Of a stretch of DNA of 64,000 nt, positions 56,266 through 64,000 are shown in pieces. Both the position numbers and the translations under genes were made by a program. The notes beneath the pieces were generated by a model. It was not told the origin of the DNA. It was given only the letters and a program-made list of their open reading frames with translations, and made no database searches. The DNA is taken from IMG/VR virus record IMGVR_UViG_3300027747_002198, positions 64,001 through 128,000 of that record; one strand, given 5' to 3'. The first letter of the stretch is position 1; each line of letters opens with the position of its first letter. The stretch comes from a virus.

Positions 56266-56282
56266 TAATATTGTAGTATTAT
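56254..56282 (+). promoter_or_regulatory. sigma70-type promoter for primase
   Basis: TTGACA-17-TATTAT. Confidence 0.7.
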
Positions 56283-56290
56283 TGTACATT

Positions 56291-57301
56291 ATGAGCATAT
56301 ACATTGATAGAGCATTTTTGCTTCGGGTTTCCCCGAAGCTTTTACGATTCACACAGAAAAAGGAAGACCTTTATAACTTCCGGTGTCCTCTGTGTGGAGA
56401 TTCTCAAAAAAATAAAACTAAGGCCCGAGGATTTGTTTTTCGTAAGAAAGACGATTACTTCTACATGTGCCACAATTGTGGAGTATCCACCACTTTTTAT
56501 AATTTCTTAGATAAAGTTGATCCTTCATTAACTAAACAATATGCTTTGGAAAGATATAAAAATGGGACACAAAACAATAACACCAAAACGCCTGAATTTG
56601 AACAAGCAAAAACGGAAAAACCAATCTTTCGTAAAAAATTATCATTGGAATCAATTGACTCGTTACCAGAAGAACATTTTGCTAAGGCATATGTTCAATC
56701 GAGAAAAATTCCCAAAGATTTCCATTCGCAACTATACTTTGCGCCAGATTTCCGTAAATTCATTCAAGAACTTAATGTCGAACAAGAAGGCCTTAAAGAA
56801 AATGACCAAAGGCTCGTTATTCCATTCTATGATACGGACAAAAACCTCATTGCGGTTCAAGGTAGGGCTCTCGGTGAGTCCAAACTCCGTTATATCACAA
56901 TCAAGATTAACGAAGATGTTTCCAAAGTCTATGGACTCGATAGGATAGATCAGGAGAAGATGATCTATGTGGTGGAAGGTCCTATTGACAGCATGTTTCT
57001 AGACAATGCTGTAGCCACTGCGGATTCTAACTTGGAATCAATCATAAGTACATTTAACAAATCTAAAATTACTTTGGTGTTTGATAACGAGCCAAGAAAT
57101 AAAGAAATTGTTAAGAAAATAGAGCACGCCATTGACAATCATTTTAATGTTGTTGTTTGGCCAGAATTTCTTGAAGAAAAAGATATCAATGATATGATCC
57201 TGTCGGGTTTTTCATTGGATGAAATTCGAGATATTATAGATAAAAATACCTTTCTCAATTTGAGAGCAAAAATGGAATTCATTAAGTGGAAAAAGATATA
57301 A
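56291..57301 (+). CDS. gp61: DNA primase
   Basis: NFRCPLCGDS..CHNCG zinc ribbon, VVEGPIDS, FDNEPRN TOPRIM, KDINDM. Confidence 0.96.
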   Translation: MSIYIDRAFLLRVSPKLLRFTQKKEDLYNFRCPLCGDSQKNKTKARGFVFRKKDDYFYMCHNCGVSTTFYNFLDKVDPSLTKQYALERYKNGTQNNNTKTPEFEQAKTEKPIFRKKLSLESIDSLPEEHFAKAYVQSRKIPKDFHSQLYFAPDFRKFIQELNVEQEGLKENDQRLVIPFYDTDKNLIAVQGRALGESKLRYITIKINEDVSKVYGLDRIDQEKMIYVVEGPIDSMFLDNAVATADSNLESIISTFNKSKITLVFDNEPRNKEIVKKIEHAIDNHFNVVVWPEFLEEKDINDMILSGFSLDEIRDIIDKNTFLNLRAKMEFIKWKKI

Positions 57302-57756
57302 TTGGGTGGATAAAACGAATTTCCGAAAAGCATGATGAACTTGGTGGATTTGCTATTTGTCCTTTTGCAAGAAAGGCACTCAAAGAGAAAAAAATATTTT
57401 GGTCATTCATAGGTTATGAGCCCTCAGCTTACATAAGTAGGTATATGGAGATGATGAATGAAGATTATGAGGTGGTGCTATTTTATAATCTGAAAAAAAA
57501 CTTAACCGATCAGGACTGCATTGAATTAATCAATAAACTCAATAACAAATTCCCCAATATAGTATTTTTAAAAGACCATCCTGATAATCCCGGATTTATC
57601 AATGGCATTAACACCAGCAATGGTGAATATCCGGTAATTATTGCTCAACCAAAAGGAAAATTAATTGATGCTAGGCTTGCTTTAGAGAAAACAAAGTATT
57701 ATGATGTATGGAGTGATGAATATAAAAAAGAAATTTTGGGTTACGGCCAATCATAA
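57286..57756 (+). CDS. hypothetical protein (DUF1415-like)
   Basis: ICPFA, DHP, ARLALEKTKYYDVW. Confidence 0.55.
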   Translation: MEKDIIGWIKRISEKHDELGGFAICPFARKALKEKKIFWSFIGYEPSAYISRYMEMMNEDYEVVLFYNLKKNLTDQDCIELINKLNNKFPNIVFLKDHPDNPGFINGINTSNGEYPVIIAQPKGKLIDARLALEKTKYYDVWSDEYKKEILGYGQS

Positions 57757-57784
57757 GTTTGTAAATCGGAAAATATAAAATAAA

Positions 57785-58402
57785 ATGTTTTATGAAGAAA
57801 ATAATTTTTTTTCGGAAGAAGAACGTATTGAAATAAAAAAAAGAGTATTAGAATTAAAAGAACATTGGGAAGTAGTTGGACCTGATTTTTTTACTCTAGG
57901 AGAATCAATATATTTACTGGAACAAAAAATACCAACTAAAATAAATGAAACGACTAAGAAAATTGTAATTGATAATTTTGGATGGATAATTGAAAGGATA
58001 TGTAAAAATATAGAAAAAATAACGAGCATTAAAACAATTATCCATCCAAAATTACCATCTCCAGGATTTCATATAAGTAAATTACCGTTTGAGTTTAAAA
58101 CTAGAAGATTTCACCAAGATTCATCTATACTAAAGTTTGATAAATCAATTGATTTCAATACAGTACATTCGGTGTTATTATTAATAGAAAAACCTAGTTA
58201 TGGGGCTTGGTTGGATTATAGATTTGAAAACAAAGATGAGGTACAAAAATATTATTATGAATATGGAAAATTTATTAGTTGGAAAAGTGATCTGTATCAT
58301 AAGATAGGTAATTTAAAATGTTTACCTGAAGAACACAGGATAACATTACAATGTCATTACGGTTATAGTAGTGATATGAAAAAGAATTTAGTTTATTTTT
58401 AA
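57785..58402 (+). CDS. 2OG-Fe(II) oxygenase-like protein
   Basis: FHQD...YHKIG...RITLQCH. Confidence 0.6.
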   Translation: MFYEENNFFSEEERIEIKKRVLELKEHWEVVGPDFFTLGESIYLLEQKIPTKINETTKKIVIDNFGWIIERICKNIEKITSIKTIIHPKLPSPGFHISKLPFEFKTRRFHQDSSILKFDKSIDFNTVHSVLLLIEKPSYGAWLDYRFENKDEVQKYYYEYGKFISWKSDLYHKIGNLKCLPEEHRITLQCHYGYSSDMKKNLVYF

Positions 58403-58434
58403 TAATATACAATAATAAAAAAGGCAAAGCTCGT

Positions 58435-60222
58435 ATGGAATATCTAGGTATCAATATAGATTTAGAAAGAGATAAACTGTTTGATGAATTGGGCATCAGA
58501 CGATTAAAAGAAAGTTACATGAAAGAAAATGAAGAAAGTCCACAACACAGATTTGCATACGTCAGCAAAACGTTCAGTTCCAACCCAGAGCATGCCCAAC
58601 GATTATATGATTATAGCTCTAAACATTGGTTATCTTATAGCACTCCCATTCTTAGTTTTGGTCGTTCTAAGCGTGGGATGCCTATATCGTGTTTCCTTAA
58701 TTATATCGAAGATACTGCGGAGGGATTAGTTGATAACTTATCAGAAACTAACTGGCTCTCTATGCTTGGCGGTGGTGTTGGTATTGGTTTTGGTATTCGG
58801 TCTGCCGATGATAAGTCTACTGGCGTTATGCCGCATCTTAAAATTTATGATGCAAGTTCTCTTGCTTATCGCCAAGGTCGCACTCGCCGTGGCAGTTACG
58901 CCGCTTATCTTAATATTTCTCATCCTGATATCATTGCGTTCCTAGAAATAAGAAAACCAACGGGTGATCCCAATCAGCGGTGTTTAAATCTACATCACGG
59001 TATCAACATTACAGATGACTTTATGGAAATCATTGAAAAGGCTATGTTGGATCCCGAAGTTGATGACTCTTGGACATTAAAAGATCCACACACAGGAGAA
59101 ATTCGTGAAGTTGTGTCGGCTAAACACCTGTGGCAACAAATTTTAGAATTGCGTATGCACACCGGCGAACCATATATTCACTATATCGATACAAGTAACC
59201 GAGAATTACCACAATGGCTGAAGGACAAAGGATTGAAGGTACACCAATCAAATCTTTGTTCTGAAATTATATTACCAACAAATGAACAACGCACAGCAGT
59301 ATGTTGTTTATCTTCTTTGAATTTGGAGACCTATGATGAATGGAAAGACAACAAACTTTTTCTTAAAGACGTTGCTGAGATGCTTGATAACGTGCTTAAC
59401 TACTTTATTGATAACGCTCCTGATAGTATCAGTCGTGCTAGATATTCCGCTGAGCGAGAGCGCTCCATTGGCATTGGTGCTCTCGGCTTTCATGCTTATC
59501 TACAGCGTAACGGAATTGCTTTTGAAGGAGTTATGGCCAAAGTTGCTAACAACAAAATCTTCAAATCAATCAGACGTGGGTTAGATGAAGCAAATCTTGA
59601 ATTGGGTAAAGAACGTGGTGAAGCTCCTGATGCTATTGGTACTGGCCGCAGGTTCAGTCATGTTATGGCCATTGCTCCTAATGCCTCATCTTCCATCATT
59701 ATGGGTAATACCAGTCCATCTATTGAGCCCTATCGTGCTAATGCTTATCGTCAAGATACTTTATCGGGATCATTCTTAAATAAGAATCGTTGGCTCGACA
59801 AAATAATTAAGGAGAAAACAAATGGTAGTGAACAAGATTACGCTGATGCTTGGTCTAGCATTATTGCTAATGATGGTAGCTGTCAGCACCTTGATATACT
59901 CTCTGAAGCAGAACGTGATGTTTTCAAAACCTCAATGGAAATCGATCAAAGATGGGTTATTGAATTGGCTGGCGACCGTCAAGCATATATTGACCAAGCA
60001 CAATCATTAAACCTATTTTTTAGACCAGATGCACATATTAAGTATATTCATGCTATTCATTTCATGGCATGGAAAAAAGGATTGAAAACTTTATACTATT
60101 GCCGTTCAGAGAAGATTGGCAAAGCAGATAAAGTTTCAAAACGTATTGAAAGACAAGTTATTAAGGAGTTAGACATGGAACAAATTGCGCAAGGCAACGA
60201 CTGTATTGCTTGTGAGGGATAA
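58435..60222 (+). CDS. nrdA: class I ribonucleotide reductase alpha subunit
   Basis: PISCFL, SNLCSEI, VCCLSS, IAPNASSS, KTLYY, C-terminal CIACEG. Confidence 0.97.
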   Translation: MEYLGINIDLERDKLFDELGIRRLKESYMKENEESPQHRFAYVSKTFSSNPEHAQRLYDYSSKHWLSYSTPILSFGRSKRGMPISCFLNYIEDTAEGLVDNLSETNWLSMLGGGVGIGFGIRSADDKSTGVMPHLKIYDASSLAYRQGRTRRGSYAAYLNISHPDIIAFLEIRKPTGDPNQRCLNLHHGINITDDFMEIIEKAMLDPEVDDSWTLKDPHTGEIREVVSAKHLWQQILELRMHTGEPYIHYIDTSNRELPQWLKDKGLKVHQSNLCSEIILPTNEQRTAVCCLSSLNLETYDEWKDNKLFLKDVAEMLDNVLNYFIDNAPDSISRARYSAERERSIGIGALGFHAYLQRNGIAFEGVMAKVANNKIFKSIRRGLDEANLELGKERGEAPDAIGTGRRFSHVMAIAPNASSSIIMGNTSPSIEPYRANAYRQDTLSGSFLNKNRWLDKIIKEKTNGSEQDYADAWSSIIANDGSCQHLDILSEAERDVFKTSMEIDQRWVIELAGDRQAYIDQAQSLNLFFRPDAHIKYIHAIHFMAWKKGLKTLYYCRSEKIGKADKVSKRIERQVIKELDMEQIAQGNDCIACEG

Positions 60223-60224
60223 AA

Positions 60225-60803
60225 ATGTCAAAATATTTGTTTGTACACATACCAAAAACGGGCGGAACTTCCGTCCGTGAAACACTCTTTACTATCGAGA
60301 AAGATAATTGGAAAAGAACATTTTCTTTACTTTATCACGATCCCATTTCTTTATTGCGGGAAAACAATTTTATAGATGATGATTGTTTTGTTTTTACCGT
60401 AGTTAGAAATCCTTTTACAAGAGCTTTTAGTTTGTATCAATATCATAAAATAATAGTCATGAATTTTAGTGTAGATAAAAGTGCAGTCGATTCTTGGACA
60501 TTTGAATATTTTTTGGAATGTATAAAAACTAATAAAAATATATTTTTTACACCAACATTGAAATCTACACAATCTTATTTTGTGCGTGATAATAATAATA
60601 ATATTGATGTTAATAAAGTATATAAACTTGAAAATTTGCAAGAACTTTCAAATGATCTTAATGTGCCTATACTAAAACTTAATAAAGGAAATTACACTCA
60701 GTCTGATTATATTAATGCTTATAATGATAAAACAATATCCTTAGTTCAAGAAATATATGCAGAAGATTTTATAAATTTTAACTATTCAACTAACTTTTCA
60801 TAA
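60225..60803 (+). CDS. sulfotransferase family 2 protein
   Basis: FVHIPKTGGTS (PAPS binding), VVRNPFTRAFSLY, YAEDFINFNY. Confidence 0.85.
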   Translation: MSKYLFVHIPKTGGTSVRETLFTIEKDNWKRTFSLLYHDPISLLRENNFIDDDCFVFTVVRNPFTRAFSLYQYHKIIVMNFSVDKSAVDSWTFEYFLECIKTNKNIFFTPTLKSTQSYFVRDNNNNIDVNKVYKLENLQELSNDLNVPILKLNKGNYTQSDYINAYNDKTISLVQEIYAEDFINFNYSTNFS

Positions 60804-60808
60804 AAACA

Positions 60809-61795
60809 ATGATTAAAAAACACGATACACAACTAACATCCGAACGGTCATATTTCAAACCATTCAATTATGCTTGGGCATACGATGCTTGGTTAAAACA
60901 CGAACAATCACATTGGTTACACACAGAAGTTCCAATGCTAGATGATGTTAAAGATTGGAAAAAGAAACTTACAAAAGAAGAAAAACAATTTTTAACACAC
61001 ATCTTCCGATTCTTCACACAAGGAGATATTGATGTCGCCGGTGGTTATGTCAAGAATTATCTTCCTTATTTTCCACAACCAGAAATTCGTATGATGCTCT
61101 TGGGTTTTGCGGCAAGAGAAGCACTACATATTGCTGCTTATTCTCATCTTATTGAAACCTTAGGTCTTCCAGACACCACATACAATGAGTTTATGGAATA
61201 TGCCGAAATGAAAGAAAAACATGACTACGTTATGGACATCTCTGCTAAAAATACTACAAAAGAGAATACTGCAACTCATATTGCTGTATTCTCGGCATTT
61301 ACCGAAGGTATGCAGTTGTTTAGCTCTTTTATTATGTTACTTAATTTTCCACGACATGGCAAAATGAAAGGTATGGGGCAAATTGTTACTTGGTCTATTG
61401 TTGATGAAACGCAACATACGGAAAACATGGTAAAATTGTTCAGAACATATATACAAGAAAATAATGAAATTTGGAACGATGAATTAAAAAGTAAACTTTA
61501 CACCATTGCAGAACGGATGGTAGAATTAGAAGATAAATTCATTGACCTAGCATTTAAGATGGGTGCGATGGAAGATTTATCTGCCGAAGATGTTAAGAAG
61601 TATATTCGTTATATTGCAGACCGCCGTCTAATCTCATTGGGATTAAAAGGTGTGTTTAAAGTGAAAAGAAATCCTCTACCGTGGGTAGAAGAAATGATTA
61701 ACGCACCAACACACACCAATTTCTTTGAGAACAGAGCAACCGATTATGCAAAAGGTGCTTTATCGGGAGATTGGGGTGATGTATGGGCCAAATAA
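60809..61795 (+). CDS. nrdB: class I ribonucleotide reductase beta subunit
   Basis: FFTQGD, EALHIAAYS, TEGMQLFSSF, DETQH, NFFE. Confidence 0.97.
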   Translation: MIKKHDTQLTSERSYFKPFNYAWAYDAWLKHEQSHWLHTEVPMLDDVKDWKKKLTKEEKQFLTHIFRFFTQGDIDVAGGYVKNYLPYFPQPEIRMMLLGFAAREALHIAAYSHLIETLGLPDTTYNEFMEYAEMKEKHDYVMDISAKNTTKENTATHIAVFSAFTEGMQLFSSFIMLLNFPRHGKMKGMGQIVTWSIVDETQHTENMVKLFRTYIQENNEIWNDELKSKLYTIAERMVELEDKFIDLAFKMGAMEDLSAEDVKKYIRYIADRRLISLGLKGVFKVKRNPLPWVEEMINAPTHTNFFENRATDYAKGALSGDWGDVWAK

Positions 61796-61804
61796 GGAAT
61801 ACAA

Positions 61805-61990
61805 ATGACTCAAAAACAATTATCCGGCGATTGCACTAGTTGCGAATCAACTTATAGCATAGCATTTATGGAAGAAATGGTCTCACAAGAATTACCGGAA
61901 CATTGTCCGTTTTGTGGTTCTGAAATAGAAGAACTAACTGAAGAATATACCGAAGAAGAAGATGATTTAGATAATGGAGATTGGGACTAA
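61805..61990 (+). CDS. small zinc-ribbon protein
   Basis: CTSC...CPFCG, acidic tail. Confidence 0.7.
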   Translation: MTQKQLSGDCTSCESTYSIAFMEEMVSQELPEHCPFCGSEIEELTEEYTEEEDDLDNGDWD

Positions 61991-62500
61991 CTTACACTTA
62001 TCGTTGTGCCAACGACCGATGTTTCCTATTGTAGTAGTTATACCACAGTAACGACATTGTTTGTTTGGTACATTTAGGTGTTTCGAAGCTTCAGGTTTAC
62101 CAAACATAGGATTATTTTTTCCTAATTTGGTTAAACTTTTTTTTATATTACTTTCCGGTGAAAACACTGGTTTATGACCTTTTTTAAATGACCCGGAATT
62201 GGTTCTCATTATTTTCATAGGATTAGTTTCACTATCAAAACCACAAGAACTTTTTCTACGGTTCATACATCTTGGTTTACCAAAATGTTCATCCAAGTAT
62301 TTTTGTTCCAAAACTTTGAGTGAATCAATGGAATCTGCGTATTCTATAATTTCTCTGGATAAATTGGATAGTTTTTTTATTTTCCTTACCCAAGTACCAG
62401 AACCCATATAACCATCATTTAGATTTATGGTAGAATGTCTACCATAATAGTAGTTTCCGTTGATGTGGGTTGTCTTATAAATGAAATGATAAATACTCAT
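61967..62500 (-). CDS. free-standing GIY-YIG (Seg-like) homing endonuclease
   Basis: FIYKTT..NGNYYYGRH, YMGSG, NPM/NPMFGK NUMOD3-like repeats, C-terminal CRYC. Confidence 0.8.
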   Translation of the reverse strand: MSIYHFIYKTTHINGNYYYGRHSTINLNDGYMGSGTWVRKIKKLSNLSREIIEYADSIDSLKVLEQKYLDEHFGKPRCMNRRKSSCGFDSETNPMKIMRTNSGSFKKGHKPVFSPESNIKKSLTKLGKNNPMFGKPEASKHLNVPNKQCRYCGITTTIGNIGRWHNDKCKLVPISII

Positions 62501-62558
62501 GCTGACACGGTCCTTTCGTATTAGAGTATGTGCGGATGCCAGTCCGGCGACATACAAC

Positions 62559-62566
62559 TATTTATA
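62559..62566 (-). promoter_or_regulatory. late promoter TATAAATA driving the homing endonuclease
   Basis: TATTTATA on the + strand. Confidence 0.75.
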
Positions 62567-62576
62567 AGAGAACAAT

Positions 62577-62843
62577 ATGGCAAAAACATTCAAACAATTT
62601 GTAGAAGCAATTAATAAAAATGATTTGTTAAAACAATTAGGTGCCAAGTTAAACGATCCTGAGTTTAGAAAACGGCCGGCGGATCCAAATAAACGCTGGG
62701 AGCGAGGAGACCTTTACAAAGGTCCTAGCAAAGACGATCCTTCCTATACTAAGAACTTTGGACACGGCTATCCCGATGTTGGTAGTAATCGTAGTCACAA
62801 CCGAGATGTTGAAAAAAGTTTGAAAAAGAAAAACAACAAGTAA
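62577..62843 (+). CDS. small probable internal head protein
   Basis: MAKTFKQFVEA N-terminus. Confidence 0.55.
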   Translation: MAKTFKQFVEAINKNDLLKQLGAKLNDPEFRKRPADPNKRWERGDLYKGPSKDDPSYTKNFGHGYPDVGSNRSHNRDVEKSLKKKNNK

Positions 62844-63280
62844 TGTCTTGGCAACATAATGGAAATGATTTTACGGAAGATTTGATTGGTAATAATTATG
62901 GATTCGTTTACTTAATTACTAATATAACGAATAACAAAAAATACATAGGTAAGAAATTCTTTTATTCTACCAAAACCAAACAAGTCAAAGGTAAAAAGAA
63001 ACGATACAAAGCACCAAGCGATTGGCAAACTTACTATGGAAGTAGTGCCGAACTAGCTAAAGATGTGTTATCATTAGGTCATGAACAATTCACCCGTGAA
63101 ATTTTACATCTCTGCCAGTCCAAAGGCGAATGTGGTTATCTCGAAGCAAAAGAGCAATTCATCCGTGGCGTCATGGAAACGGATGAATACTACAACAATT
63201 GGATTATGGTACGAGTGAGAAAATCACACATCAAGGAATACAATGCTCGATTATCTCAAAAAGCTCAAGGACGATCCTGA
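62843..63280 (+). CDS. GIY-YIG endonuclease (endonuclease II/DenA-like)
   Basis: GFVYLITN...KYIGKK, SDWQTYYGSS, FTREIL, YYN. Confidence 0.8.
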   Translation: MSWQHNGNDFTEDLIGNNYGFVYLITNITNNKKYIGKKFFYSTKTKQVKGKKKRYKAPSDWQTYYGSSAELAKDVLSLGHEQFTREILHLCQSKGECGYLEAKEQFIRGVMETDEYYNNWIMVRVRKSHIKEYNARLSQKAQGRS

Positions 63281-63596
63281 GGGTCCCTATGACGCAATCT
63301 TTTTTCTACCAGGCGACAAAGAAGGACAAATTCATATAGAGGCTTCATTACTTAAAGAACCGGGCGAACCTTTAGGTGGAAGTTCTATGGGACACACCTA
63401 TCAAGTAGTATTATTTAAAGATGATGCTGAACATGATAAATTATATAATGTTGACCGATTTGAGGCTATATTTTGCGATCCATACGAATACATCTCCAAT
63501 CTAATACCACAGAACTGGTTTGGTATAGTTGTGAGAAAGACTACCACTTCTGGTGACTTTGTACAACGTATATTTGACAAAATGCAAGAAGTGTGA
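63243..63596 (+). CDS. hypothetical protein
   Basis: AAGGA RBS, 117 aa. Confidence 0.65.
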   Translation: MLDYLKKLKDDPEGPYDAIFFLPGDKEGQIHIEASLLKEPGEPLGGSSMGHTYQVVLFKDDAEHDKLYNVDRFEAIFCDPYEYISNLIPQNWFGIVVRKTTTSGDFVQRIFDKMQEV

Positions 63597-63602
63597 TACA
63601 AT
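63574..63602 (+). promoter_or_regulatory. sigma70-type promoter
   Basis: TTGACA-17-TACAAT with extended -10 TG. Confidence 0.75.
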
Positions 63603-63632
63603 AGAATTTTGAAACTATTGAAAGTTTATATT

Positions 63633-64000
63633 ATGATTCTCATTGACTTAAACCAGGTATTACTTGCCGGATTAATGGCACAAATTGCCAATCAAAAAGG
63701 TAAACTAGATGAACATTTAATCCGTCATATGGTATTAAATATCATTCGTAACCATGTTAAGAATTTTAAAACAGAATATGGTGAAGTGGTATTGTGTTGT
63801 GATAACCGTAAATACTGGCGTAAAGAATATTTTCCTTTTTATAAAGCCAACCGTAAAAAGAATCGTGATAAGTCCGATTTGGATTGGCACATGATTTTTG
63901 ATATGCTTGCCAAATTCAAACAAGAACTAAAAGAAAACTTCCCTTATAAAGTATTGGATGTTGAAGGGGCTGAAGCCGATGACATTATTGGTACTTTAGT
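63633..64000 (+). CDS. rnh: T4 RNase H (5'-3' exonuclease), 3'-truncated
   Basis: MILIDLNQ...YWRKEYFPFYKANRK...EGAEADDIIG; not in the ORF track because it runs off the edge. Confidence 0.93.
   Translation, partial: MILIDLNQVLLAGLMAQIANQKGKLDEHLIRHMVLNIIRNHVKNFKTEYGEVVLCCDNRKYWRKEYFPFYKANRKKNRDKSDLDWHMIFDMLAKFKQELKENFPYKVLDVEGAEADDIIGTL

Noticed and set aside
1-64000. Stop-codon recoding
   Set aside because: Core genes translate full length in code 11 and no suppressor tRNA is present.
1-64000. Cyanophage assignment based on heme oxygenase
   Set aside because: No photosynthesis, hli or bilin reductase genes in the window; the host cannot be determined beyond likely Gram-negative.

Overview
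A 64-kb, AT-rich, almost entirely + strand segment of a T4-like (Tevenvirinae-like, environmental-type) myophage genome. It runs from the end of the head module (gp21, gp22, gp23, gp3) through the recombination, replication and late-transcription core (uvsY, uvsW, gp55, gp47/46, gp45/44/62, regA, gp43, uvsX, gp41, gp61, nrdA/B, denA-like, rnh). Accessory blocks are interspersed: heme oxygenase, peptide deformylase, two DUF4338-like paralogues, a DUF5664-like dNTP diphosphohydrolase, speD, a ~3.3-kb tRNA/ncRNA island (7 tRNAs, a tRNA-like RNA and several structured RNAs), a ~9.4-kb glycan-biosynthesis cluster, a block of putative capsid-targeted internal proteins and a lysis cassette (GH19 endolysin, embedded Rz/Rz1-type spanins, holin-like gene). 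The most striking unannotated element is a leader-peptide transcription attenuator: a 24-codon leader with one Trp codon and mutually exclusive antiterminator and terminator hairpins, directly upstream of the phage tRNA-Trp. Nearby is an ArfA-like small basic ORF whose stop codon lies inside a 23-bp RNA stem. All assignments come from motif recognition and gene order; no database searches or folding programs were run.
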